Shown here piece after piece: positions 24,489 through 36,407 of a DNA stretch of 64,000 nt (position 1 is the first letter of the stretch; each line of letters opens with the position of its first letter). Position numbers and translations under genes: made by a program. The stretch is from Octopus vulgaris (Eukaryota), in the NCBI GenBank assembly GCA_951406725.2, contig OX597817.1, positions 3,162,001 to 3,226,000 on the forward strand, in the 5' to 3' direction. The notes beneath the pieces are model-generated. The model was not told the DNA's origin. It saw only the letters and a list, made by a program, of their open reading frames with translations, and did not search any database.

Positions 24489-24895
24489 GGATCTTTTCGG
24501 TTTGAACGGCAGTTTTTAACATAATTTCTAGGTAACTAAAAAATTTTAAACTTCGTATACTGGTAGAATGTGTTTATAAAACATCTTTTTCTCTTGGCTT
24601 TATTGAGAAAATTCTATAGTTTGTAAGATATTTGTTGCTATTTTTCTTCAATTTCTGCAATTTCAACCAACCAATATCGTCTATTGAGGTGAAAAACATT
24701 CTGTGCCATATGAATATGTCCTTCATTTAAGAAACAGATTGGGTTTATTTACATTTCTGAAGAAAAAAATACCCTCCCCTAACCCTAACCCTTAAACAGA
24801 CTGAAATGCAATAGATTGATACTAGGGTCATAATTATGGGTGACGATTTCATATGACACCGCTAGGAAAAACTACCGTTCAAACTGAAAAGATCC
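24489..24895. mobile_element. MITE with ~29-bp TIRs and an 8-bp TSD
   Basis: TIRs GGATCTTTTCGGTTTGAACGGCAGTTTTT / AAAAACTACCGTTCAAACTGAAAAGATCC. Exact TSD TAATAGTC at 24481-24488 and 24896-24903. Superfamily uncertain (GG termini with an 8-bp TSD fit Merlin; hAT or P not excluded). Confidence 0.92.
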
Positions 24896-24989
24896 TAATA
24901 GTCTTCTAGTTTTTTACTTGCACTTAGGCCCCTACATCCATATTCATGCTGTTGTAAATGCAATCAATATTTTTTTTCTCTTAAGTATT

Positions 24990-25560
24990 GTTAGTTGATT
25001 TAGCGTCAAGTTGTGAAGATAACTATATTACTGGGAGAGCCAGTGCGAATACCAATTATCGTAGTTTTTGTATTCAGCTTTGGTTTAAATTCTAATCTAC
25101 TGTGTTCCTTCCTAACCAATTTTTTTTCCTTCTCGTATGTTAAGCTACATGTGGCTAGTTGATTCCAAAGCATTTTAAAGTAATGAAATTGTTCTAGTTC
25201 TTTTATCTCTGTTTCTTCATCTAACACGTTATTAATGCTCTTCAATTTTTTGAATCGTAATCTCCTATCAATTCTTTTGATATCTCTCATAGTGTTTATT
25301 GTTTTCAAGATACGACTTGAGCTCATCCATTTATAGGGTTAGTTTTTTTCACAATCTGCTCTTTTGTCTAAATGTGCCGAATTGCTTGTCATTTATTTTT
25401 GACCTGTTTCATGTATCTGCTTATTATTAATTCTCCCTTACTTAGTCAGTTTTTCCAGGAATCTCATGCAGGAAATGCTGTGAAAAGCCTTTTGGTAATC
25501 ATCCCATGCTATACTCACATCGTTTTTGTCATAGCTTTGTTGATTAGTTATTTACTTTTG
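24990..25560 (-). mobile_element. Decayed R4/Dong-like RT fragment
   Basis: Minus-strand DVSIAWDDYQKAFHSI (cf. IAWIDYKKAFDSV) and downstream degenerate KLNTKTTIIGI. Confidence 0.5.
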
Positions 25561-26624
25561 CAGACATATGGGGAGAAAAGAGTAACATTAATAGAAATGG
25601 TTTAAAAAGGAAACAACTTAACTAAAACTGGAGTGATAGAATGCCATGAGTATCTTTTATATGGTAAATATCAGGAAAAATAAAACTGAACAGGATGAAA
25701 ATAGACAAAGACAATTCACAACAAAGTTGAGAGTGCTGGATTTTTTATTGTAGCAGAGGATGAGAGCCTTTCCCTCAGAATTCACCTAAAACTAAATACA
25801 TTAAGTGATTGTAGAATATGCTAAGGTTGGGAGAAACAATTAATCAGACTGTCTCCAGCTGCCAAGGCTTAGCACTTCTCCATAAAAACAATGCATTTGC
25901 AGGTATTTTGAAGCTGGAATTCTCATACACCAGGGGTTATATCAGTATAATGAAATACTAACAGAGAATGACAAAATAATCATATGCAGATACAGCAATG
26001 TACAAGTAGAAAGAAATTAAGGCATATCAGGTGCATATTGTCAAAGACCATCTGTTAAGGCAGTGGCTTGTGAGGTAAAGTAAATAGCATTTCCATTGTG
26101 GTTTCCTTGTTCCACTTCACAACAGTAAAACTCATAATATCCTGAAGAGAGGGGCTCATCCTCATCATTTTTGGCTGTCTTTGTTAATTCTTCTCTTGGA
26201 AAGTATTTTCTTTTTGCCTGTCATCAATCTCCAACAATTTGGAAGCTGATTTCAGTTTCCATCTCTTCTCCACTCTATAAGTCACAATACAGTGAAGTGG
26301 CACTGCTAAGTATGGCTGAGAGATGAATATTCTGGATGCTGGTTTCTAGGATTGCAACTAAGGTGACTTCCTCTATCATCACTGGAACCATGACCCATGA
26401 TGATCACGTGACTGAGGTCTGCTGCAGTGTACAACAACTCTCCTTTTCTATCGTCCCCTCTCAGTCACTGCTAGTCAAAGCCACAAAAAAGAAACCCTCA
26501 GCCTTCTAGCTAGCTTTTATCTCCTATACTTCAAGTGGTGGTGCTTTAAAACAATAACATTTTGGGGGGCTTGATGTCAATATTTCTGCTGATGCTTTCA
26601 TTCATACTGTTTTCACTGCTCCTG

Positions 26625-26957
26625 TAGGTAAGGAGCACTCTGTCGGTTATGACAACAAGGGTTCCAGCTGATACGATCAACGGAACAGTTTGCTCGTGAA
26701 ATTAACGTGCAAGTGGCTGAGTATTCCACAGACACGTGTACCCTTAACGTAGTTCTCGGGGAGATTCAGCGTGACACAGAGTGGGACAAGGCCGGCCCTT
26801 TGAAATACAGGTACTACTCATTTTTGCCAGCTGAGTGAACTGGAGCAACGTGAAATAAAATGTCTTGCTCAAGGACACAACATGTCACTGGGAATTGAAC
26901 TCATGACCTTACAATCATGAGCCGAATGCCCTAAACCACTAAGCCACACACCTTCAC
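26625..26957 (-). mobile_element. tRNA-derived SINE with TTGTGTCCTTGAGCAAGAC core (V/Meta-SINE-like)
   Basis: Minus strand GTGGCTTAGTGGTTTAGGGC (A box), GAGTTCAATTCCC (B box), then TTGTGTCCTTGAGCAAGACA. A more decayed + strand copy lies at ~31930-32070. Confidence 0.8.
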
Positions 26958-27585
26958 TCCTCAAATGGTTTTAATTGTTACACGTGTAAGGAACACAGCT
27001 TCCTGCCCTGAACATGTGGTCTCATTGCACTTCTCTTTACACTCACAACTGGTGTCCTTTCTGGGATGGTTTTTTGGTCTTCAAGATTCATGAGAACTTG
27101 AATGCCCATTGAGAACTCACCTGACCACATCATTTTCCTTGATCTCAGAACTCATTAGCTGCTTAATAAGAAGGTGATGATGAGTTAGCATCAATGTTGT
27201 TACGATCCAATTTTTGCCACTCCAGTTATTGTGGTACATGTAATGATGATGATGTCTAGCCCATGCCAGTATGGCAAACAGATATTTAATGGCAATGATG
27301 ATGATGTATATGGGCAGCTGTATATTGTGTCTTCATGGCCTGTTTGCTTGTTGCATCATCATTTCTGAAAAGTACTTGTATAAACATAGGGTAGCAATTT
27401 ACCTTGGTTAAATGAGACAATGTTCTTTCAAACATCGACTGGCACTAAATACAGCTACCGTTTTGCTATATAAAGAACACCTCCATGTCCCTAGTAAAGA
27501 AGACATGGGTCATGTTTTGTTTCTTTTTCATTCCTTTTTAAAGTGCTCAGAAAGAATAATGTTTTTCTTGGTTAAATAGATTTGA

Positions 27586-27888
27586 CATATCTGTTCCTTC
27601 TTGAGCCATGCTTAGCTAATAAGAGCCGGTTTCCCGGTTTCCTTGGCGTATAGGTTCCCCACCTGGATGGGATGCTGGTCCATTGCAGGTGAGCTGCAAG
27701 ATGCAGGAGGAAAGAGTGAGAAAAAGTTGTGGCGAAAGAGTCAGCAGAAGTTTGCCATTACCTTCTGCCAGAGCTGCATGGAGCTTAGGTGTTTTGCTCA
27801 TAAACACACACACCACCCAGTCTGAGATTCGAACCCGTGATCCCTCGACTGCAAGTCCACTGCTCTAACCACTAGGCCATGTGCCTCC
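27586..27888 (-). mobile_element. Full-length tRNA-derived SINE with a 12-bp TSD
   Basis: A box TGGCCTAGTGG and B box GGTTCGAATCT on the minus strand. TSD AAATAGATTTGA at 27574-27585 and 27889-27900. Confidence 0.88.
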
Positions 27889-28309
27889 AAATAGATTTGA
27901 TATGCTGACGTCAATGTGCAAAATCACCTACTTTTAGTTCTTGTGCAGTGATACTTAAAACATAAATAAAACAAATTCTGATTAAACAGAACCTTCATTC
28001 AGAGCAGCTTGTGTGTGCATACTACCAATATTGCTAAAAAAATTTGTTTTTGTCAATAATTTTTCAAAGAATATTCTGTGACAAAGAAATACTTTTTTTC
28101 TTTTATTTTATTGCAAGTCTCTGTGTTTACAGTACCTTTTACTTTCCATATGTTGGAAGTTGTATCCTTTTGTTGTTATAAATGCCATTATTTACAAAAT
28201 TCCTCACTGAGAAGACCAAAATGCTAAAAAGCAAACCAACTTTATCTTTAATTTGGTGAAAATAAACTCTAAACTTATTTGAAATATCCTGCTATGTATT
28301 CTATCAATC

Positions 28310-28765
28310 TGCTCAGTCAAAGTCGCCTCTCGGTTACTCGATGGATCAGTGTTCTCCAGCCAGTTCTATCCTGGGTCACTTCTTTCAGATTGGCTATGGC
28401 CATTCCCATGTCACTCTTGATGGTGTCAAGCCACCGGGTTCTTGGTTGGCCTCTTCCTCTCTTGCCACTGACCATTCTGAGCATGATGTCCTCCAGGGAT
28501 TTTCTCTGCATAATATGCCCCAAATATGCCATTCTATGCTTGGTGATCCTAGCTTCTAGCAACAGTTTTGGCTTGATCTGGCTAAGAACTTCTCCATTGG
28601 TAGACCTCCCTGTCCATGGAATCCGCAAATGTCTTCTCCAACACCAAAGCTCAAATGCATTTATTCTCTTCTGGTCAGCTTCCTTTAGTGTCCCGGTCTC
28701 GCATACATATGCTGCTATTGGGAAGACGATTGCATTCACCAATCTGCATTTGGTAGCGAGTCTGA
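28310..28765 (-). mobile_element. 5'-truncated RTE (BovB-like) LINE 3' end
   Basis: ORF 28317-28742: VFPIAAYVCETGTLK....RINAFELWCWRR.LRIPWT...YLGHIMQR.SLE...SGKRGRGQPRTRWLD..., the characteristic RTE/BovB C-terminus. Confidence 0.92.
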
Positions 28766-29534
28766 TGTATCAATGTATTAATTCAAATAAAAGGAAATTT
28801 TTTTTATCAACATTATTAACAGCATATCTAAAATATCTAAATTCTTTTAACTATCAAAATGCATACACACACAAAAAATGACACTCTCATAAGAGGAATA
28901 ATGTGTAAGTAACCACGATTTCTTTTAAGGTTTGTCATATAACAAACACGCAGCTAATAAATAGATAAAATAAATAGAAAAGAGAGAGGAACAGTATAAC
29001 AGTTTTAAAAGAAATGTGGATTGTTAGAAACAGTATGTAGCTAACTTTCATCTTCGTTTTCCTCATGCAAAATGCATGCGCTTATTCTCATGATTACTTG
29101 TCTGTGTACAATGAAGATTCTTGGGCAGGCAATCACTGGCATTTTCTGCAGACTTATTGTGCCCAGCTGTCAAACGATTGAATGCCTTGCTGCAGTCTGT
29201 CTTAAAAATATATTCCCCAAAGTCAAGGAATTCATTGTCAAAATCCAGTGAATATAATATGCATCAAGTGGAACGGATTGATGTAAGGTAACAAAATGCA
29301 ATACACATGGTAAAAGGTTAGAGTTCTTTAACCAACTTATTCAGCATAAATACACATATGTTTGTATGCATGCTATGTGTGTGTATGTCTCTTCCCCCCT
29401 CTCTCTTTTTATGTGTGTGCGCATGTGTCTGTGAGTGTGTGTGCACAAGCATGTGTGATATTAGATATAGAAAATACTTCTGAATTGCATACGTCATGAC
29501 CGGAAAATATGACGACATATGTATATATGTAAAT

Positions 29535-29779
29535 ATAATAATAATAATAATAATAATAACAATAATAATAATAATAATAATGAAATTATTGTATACAGTG
29601 CTCAGGTGCACCACAACTTGTTGAATGTGCATATAAAGCATATGCAGTAACGTACAAATGTCTGGAAAGTGAACATTGTATGAGTCAGATACACGCTTGC
29701 GTGTGTATGGAGGGGAGAAAATCAGATGTAGTGTTTGTGAATTTCAGGAATCATGGAAGTTTTGAAGGATGCAGTGCTA
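29535..29779 (-). mobile_element. LINE-like 3' tail ending in (TTA)n
   Basis: ~200 bp of unique sequence followed on the minus strand by a (TTA)n tail at 29535-29581. The clade (CR1/L2-like) is my recollection only. Confidence 0.45.
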
Positions 29780-29864
29780 CGCCCACAGAAGGACTCAAAC
29801 CCGTGACCCTCAGATTACTTCTAAGGTTGACCTATAAAAATCTGATGCTCTACCGACTGAGCTA
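29780..29864 (-). pseudogene. Intron-containing tRNA-Lys(UUU) pseudogene lacking the 5' acceptor strand
   Basis: Minus strand TAGCTCAGTCGGTAGAGCATCAGA-TT-TTT-A-[TAGGTCAACCTTAGAAGTA]-A-TCTGAGGGTCACGGGTTTGAGTCCTTCTGTGGGCG. The D arm and anticodon stem match metazoan tRNA-Lys(UUU); 19-nt insertion at canonical position 37/38. Confidence 0.85.
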
Positions 29865-29894
29865 TATATGTATATATATAAAATATTATTACTT

Positions 29895-30135
29895 CATAAT
29901 TTGAAACTGACTTATTGGAAGTCCACCTGAAGATTGTCGATCAAGACAAGAAACAATTGTAGTGGCGGTTTTTTTGACTATTTATTAAAATTTTATGTAT
30001 TGATTAAGTCTTTCCTTGTTTGTTTTGCAAAATAGTGGTTTTGTCTCTAATAATATTTTATAATATTTTACTATAAAATTGGATTTAATCCTAAATCTGA
30101 TTTTTTCCTGTAAATTTGGATTTATTCCCTAATAT
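29895..30135 (+). mobile_element. Penelope-like terminal repeat (pLTR) fragment carrying the hammerhead
   Basis: Hammerhead followed by an AT-rich tail homologous to 2341-2510, embedded between TA microsatellites. Confidence 0.7.
29923..29965 (+). ncRNA. Canonical minimal type-I hammerhead ribozyme (Penelope-type)
   Basis: CCAC-CTGAAGA-TTGTC(GATCAA)GACAA-GAAA-CAATTG-TA-GTGG. Perfect core, stems I and II fully paired, palindromic stem III, GUA cleavage triplet (predicted cut after 29961). Confidence 0.85.
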
Positions 30136-30721
30136 TTATTATGTATATATATATATATACATACACACACGTATGCATACATATATATTCTATGTATGTA
30201 TATCTATACATATATATATATATGTGTGTGTATATATATGCATATATGTGTATATATATATATATAAAAATACATGTATATGTACAAAATTAACATCTTC
30301 CTCTTTTCTACTCATTGTCTCCATCATGACCCCCAGTTTTTTTATGAGTCCTTTCAACCACCATGTAATACCATCTGTTGCAGACCTTTGGCTCCTCACC
30401 CATGCATAAAAGCAGAAGTAACTGTTCACCTTTGTTGCTGCCTACGTCACAGTTAGGCATAGGTTTCCATGGATAGATAATATACCTACTGCCATTTACA
30501 TTGAAGTGTGTTCTGAGAGTATTTCATTGTACCTTCTACGCTAAAAAGTTTCACTCCTGGGGCTTGAGTGTTTGTTCTTTGTCTTCCTATATATTTGAAG
30601 TTTTGCTTTACTTTGCATTTAGAATAACTCCTTTCCTAGATGGGTTGCATGCAAAGTCAATGCCTCCAATTTTTATTACTTTGCCTACATTTTTTTACAG
30701 CTGTTTGTCCTTTCCATCGGT

Positions 30722-31035
30722 AAAAACCTTGTGAGTGAATTTGGTAGACAGAAATTGAAAAGAAGCTGTCACACACACACACATTTGTGTGTGTGTGTCT
30801 TGACTTCAATTGCTAATTGTAGATAAAAGTCAGTGCCATACAAAAAAATATCATTTGTTTGCAATCTCCCATGAAAACATGTCCAAACTAGAAAGAAATA
30901 TTATTTTTCTTGGAAACAGGTGAGGGTTAGTGACAAGAAGTGCATCCATCTGTTGAAAATCTGCCTCAACAAATTTCTTCTGACTTATTCTAGAAAGGAA
31001 AAGTAAATGTTAAAACAATGAGGAATAATGGTGAT
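30722..31035 (+). mobile_element. Decayed SINE (3' part with RTE-like tail)
   Basis: CCTTGTGAGTGAATTTGGTAGAC...GGAAACAGGTGAGGGTTAGTGACAAGAAGTGCATCC... Related fragments at ~50830-50945, ~57270-57450 (-), ~61130-61305 and ~62990-63055 (-). Confidence 0.6.
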
Positions 31036-31067
31036 CATCTAAAAGATCATCTTGGAATATTATTTTG

Positions 31068-31906
31068 ATAGCTATTTCTTTGCTGTATATTCTTGCATTT
31101 TCAGTAAAACGTATTATGCCTAATATGGAATTCTTCCTTAGCAAAAGGTAGGCTGAATAAGTCCTTTAGAGGAATTAATGAGACATTAAATGAGAGCATT
31201 GCCAATAAGTTTAACAAAGGCACTGTCCTTAGGCTGTGGCGATAAAATCATTTAGTCTACTCTGGTAAAGATGTACGCCTTCTCTGCATCTTTTAGTTAA
31301 ATTCATCAGTAATTAAAAGGATGTTTTTACAAAAAAAAATTTTGCTATCTCCAAAGCATTTGGTATATCTGATGAAACAGTAGCAATGCCATCCACAAAT
31401 TATATAATTATACATATCCTAATTTTTGGATGCTATAATTTTCAAAACTTTCTTGAGATATCGGCTTTTTAGGTATCACTGTAGGCACCATAGTTTTAAT
31501 TGTTTAATCCAACGGTAAAACAAATTAAAACGAGGCAAGTTTGTTGTTCTGTTCAGCTTCCTTATATTATACATCAAACAACTGTTTCAGTGTTTTTAGG
31601 CAACTGCAACTCTTATGATAACCATGTTATTATAGACATCTAGAATGTGAAAAACAGCTGAGCAAATATCTTCTTGACTCTCCCATTGCCAGACCATAAA
31701 AGAAAGAAAGAAAAAAAGAAAAAAAGAAGCTATTTCTTTGCTGTGCATTCTTGCATTTTCAGTAAAACATATTATGCCTAATATGGAATTCTTCCTTAGC
31801 AAAAGGTAGGCTGAATAAGTGAATAAGTCCTTTAGAGGACTTAAATGAGAGCATTGCCAATAAGTTTAACAAAGGCACTGTCCTTAAGCTGCGACAATAA
31901 AATCAT
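31068..31906 (+). repeat. ~180-bp direct duplication (31068-31251 / 31727-31906), each copy containing a 43-nt AG...GT bounded segment
   Basis: Near-identical copies of ...TCTTGCATTTTCAG|TAAAAC(G/A)TATTATGCCTAATATGGAATTCTTCCTTAGCAAAAG|GTAGGC... Confidence 0.9.
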
Positions 31907-32420
31907 ACAGTCAAATATTAAAACTGATGTTGTGGTTAGGGTGTGGTTAGGGATAATGATCATAATTTTATGGGTTTGATTCTTGGACCAGGCAATGTGT
32001 TGTGTTGTCCTTGAGTAAAGTACTTCATTTCACAATGCTCAAATTCACTCAGCTGAAATTAAGTACCAGCAGCAACCAGTGAGGAGGGTGGATGAGTAGT
32101 TTTATGATATCTCATTCAGAAAGCAGTCATGAACTCTAACTTAATTAAATATCACAGAAACTAAGATAAGATCTTACCTAATTGGCTGACAGCCATGAAA
32201 CAAATTTTAAAAAATGCAAGCCATATAATTCAGTTGTTCCATATCCTTACTGTAGATAAATTATACCCATGTAAGTGTTGAAAAAGAATATCCTCTTTAC
32301 TACCAATGAGCATTACATGTTTGACACAGAGTTTTAGTGTTGTTTAGCTTTAGATCAGCCCTTATCGAGCAGACTTATAATCAAATTGTGATCACATCGC
32401 CTTTTTATTATTAGATGTAG

Positions 32421-32709
32421 CAAGGTCGTTGCCAGTGCTGTTGGACTGACTCCTGTGCAGGTGGCACATAAAAAACATCATTTTCGAGTGTGGCCGTTGC
32501 CAGTACTACCAGACTTGCCCTCGTGCCAGTGGCACGTAAAAGCACCCACTACACTCTCGGAGTGGTTGGCATTAGGAAGGGCATCCAGCTGTAGAAACTC
32601 TGCTAGATCAGATTGGAGCCTGGCACAGCCATCTGGTTTGCCAGTCCTCAGTCAAATCGTCCAACCCATGCTAGCATGGAAAGCAGACGTTAAACGATGA
32701 TGATGATGC
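32421..32709 (+). mobile_element. RTE-related retroposon 3' end with (GAT)n tail
   Basis: TGGCACGTAAAAGCACC...GGAAGGGCATCCAGCTGTAGAAAC...CCATGCTAGCATGGAAAGCAGACGTTAAACGATGATGATGATG, with an internal ~55-bp duplication. Confidence 0.7.
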
Positions 32710-33980
32710 AATGTATTTTTGTAATTTTTCAATGTAGTTTTTTTCCACTGAGGATTTTCTTCCACAAGATAGTAAGTTGTGATTCCTCAGCTATTTCTAG
32801 CAAATTAAATAACTATGTAGTAGTTCCTTGTTTCACATATTTTTGTTGATATCATAGACATTGAGTCCTCTTAAGTTCTACCAATAGATTCAAAGATGAG
32901 CAATTAAGCTATCACTAGCCCTGACTTTTGATCTTTATGATATAAATCAATATATCAGTGATGTGAAATAATAACTACAGGGAATTAAACCTCGAACATG
33001 GCATTTTATGGCATTTGCAAATAAAAAAAAATTATATTTTCAATTTGCTATACTTATATATTTTCACTGTAAGATATCTGGTAAGATGAATAATATGTTC
33101 TACCGTAAGACATACATCTACGTTTGGCATATTTAACATAAGATGGAGCTGGAATGCAAAACATGAAATAGCACTTTTAAATTAAAATAAATATATATAT
33201 GTGTATATTGATACATAAGACAACTGTTTAGCCATGAAATTCTTTATTGAAATCTAGCAAAGAGCACATAGATGAATGTAAGGCAGTAGCTGCAGACAAT
33301 GTAAACAAGAGTTATTTTGCTCTGATGCCACTAGCTGAAGTTTCATTTATATACATAAATACATGCAAACATGTACACAGATATAAAATGTGAACACACA
33401 TATATATATACATATATGTATATATATAAATATATATATAATTACCAACACAAATATACATACACATACATACACATACATACATATACCTATATATATA
33501 TATGTATATATATAAGGATATCTTACATATATACATATGTGTATATATAGGTATATATGTATGTAGTCATACAATATTATGCATTTTGTTAACAACAGAT
33601 ATACACACTTATTTACTGGCAAAAAGAAATTCTTATACAGAAGTAAATTTAATATAGATGGTGGTGCCCTAGTATGGAAACATCCCATTGAATGGAACCA
33701 GTAAAAGAGTACACTAACACACCATAACATTTACTGCATTGGAATTCCACACATTATTTGATATATATATATTTTTTATATTTTTTTTTTTTGCATTTTC
33801 TTTCTCTTTCCTTTTATTTAGGTTTCGTTCTTGTCAAATAATACAGGTAACAAATAGCAGCAAGAGTGGCAACAGAGCACAGACCAACTTGTGTGCAGCA
33901 AAAGAGACTTATGGACAGAAAGATAGAGATAGAAGTAGAAAGACAGAGAGATAGATAGAGAGGGGGGAGAGAGAAAGAAA

Positions 33981-34158
33981 ATGATATATATAATACATAC
34001 ATATATATATATATATATATACATACATATATATATGTGTGTGTGTATATATATATATATATATGCATATATATATATATGTATATATGTGTATATACAC
34101 ATATGTATATATGTGTATATACACATATATATATATGTATTATATACATATATATATG

Positions 34159-34189
<31 letters not shown>

Positions 34190-34380
34190 GCATATGCATA
34201 TATGTATGTATATATGTACATGTATATATATGTGTATGTATATGTATATGCATATATGTATGTATATATGTACATGTATATATATGTGTATGTATATATA
34301 TATGTGTATATGTTTATATATATATGTATATCTATGTATATATATGTATATCTACGTATATATATATATGTATATCTATG

Positions 34381-34428
<48 letters not shown>

Positions 34429-34433
34429 TATAT
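33981..34433. repeat. Degenerate (TA)n/(TG)n microsatellite
   Basis: Directly visible. Confidence 0.95.
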
Positions 34434-35735
34434 GGAGGGAGAGCGTGTGTGGAAGGGATAGAGATTATAAACAAAAATACTTTACATATAAAACAAAAAT
34501 AGTAGAATAAAAAAAAACAATCAGCAAATATTGTCAGTTATAATTGTTTGATTAGTATCCCCACCCTCCCCCAAAAAAATAATAATAATAATTATGATTG
34601 CAGAGTGAACATAATAGAGAATTGTTAAAATTGTTATTTTTCAGTGAAAAAGAAAGCTTAGAGAAATAAATAAACAAATGTATAGGAGAAATTTTACTTA
34701 ACTTTTGCTATTTTTTCTTCCTTTTACTTTATTTATTTGTTTGTAGAGTGATGGGGGGAAAAATAAAAATTTTTATATTGAAAATAATTTTTCTTTTACT
34801 TCATGATTTTTTGATAGATTTATATCATTTAGCTGAGAATATATTTAACTATAATTTGATTATTGTAATATTAAATTGTAGATGTTGAAAAGATGAATAA
34901 ATAAAATAAAAATTAAAATAAATACAGGAAAGAAAGATGAAAAAAATAAATGAAGAGAACAAAATGTATTTTATAATTTGTGTTAATTTACACATGTTAT
35001 TACATTTTTTTTCGTTTGATCCATTATATTCGCATCATGCAATATCCTGATTAAGAATATTAAGATAGTTGAAAACAGCATATACTATTTTAATGAAGTG
35101 AAGAGCATGGAGGGAAAAATAAAGGTGGTTCTTACAAAATATGATATTTACCATGTATATGCTGATTATGAAAGAAAAAATGTGTATGTGATAAAACAAA
35201 ATATCAAATGATATTTATGTTATACTTAAGATTATATATTAGCTAGACATTTTCATTTGTACACAATTTAATTAGTGGTACATTTAGTCATTTCAATACA
35301 GAAAAAATAATTACTATTACATATACAAACATACATGAATGCATTCATATATGCATACATACAAATCAAACATAAATACATACATACATACATACATATA
35401 TACATGCATACATACATACATACATACATACATACATACATGCATGCATACATATTGGTATGCACAACTGTATCAGTTTCACCAATCTTAAAGTGACTGC
35501 AAAGGTTTGGAGCACCGATCCTCCTACTCTGACGATCTTATTAAAAAAAAATTACCATATACAAACTCACACACACACACATAGACATACATGCAAAATA
35601 CATAAATAGATACATATACTTAATATGTACAGTTATACAAACATTTTTACACAATATGTATGTATATATATTTATTTACACACACACACATACACAAACA
35701 TATTTATATATATTTATACACGTTCATTTCATACA

Positions 35736-35780
<45 letters not shown>

Positions 35781-36351
35781 CACACACATGCAAACATTTA
35801 CGCATTTTTGTTGCCTAATTTTTTTCTCCTCTACCTCTGAATTTTGGCAGAGAACAACTTGTCCAATATATCAATATCTCTTCCTTTTGTTTGCAGTGTA
35901 TGTTCTTTAACCATTTCCTCTCTCCATATGTGTGTGTGTGTGTGTAAATGCATATAGTTAAATATTTCATAAAACTTGTGCATATCAATATGAATATCTC
36001 ACCTGAGTTAAAATATTGCACTTATCTGTGAATATAATTGTTGTGCCTTAGCATAAATTAGTTAAGAGTATAGTACCGGTGAAACTAAATGATCGATTAC
36101 AATTGCTGATGTGTTAAAAGACTATGGAATGTATGTGTATATGTGTTCTCATTCTTTGTCTGTTTCTTCTTGATAAACACACACACTCACTCACACATAC
36201 AGGCAACAGATGCACAGATACATACACACAAATATAGTCCTTCCCTCATTTTGTCAAAAATATGTCTAGCTATCTGTGTCTATCAGTCTATGCCTGATTG
36301 TATGTATATGCATATATATATATATATACATGCACATAAATGTATTTAATG

Positions 36352-36407
<56 letters not shown>

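Noticed and set aside
29152-29287. AG...GT bounded open segment as a coding exon upstream of the 43-nt exon
   Set aside because: Neither possible donor puts it in phase with the open frame of the 43-nt exon, and the peptide is unrecognised. It could still be non-coding.
29780-29864. Functional tRNA-Lys gene
   Set aside because: The 5' acceptor strand is absent and the T loop is altered (TTTGAGT); called a pseudogene instead.
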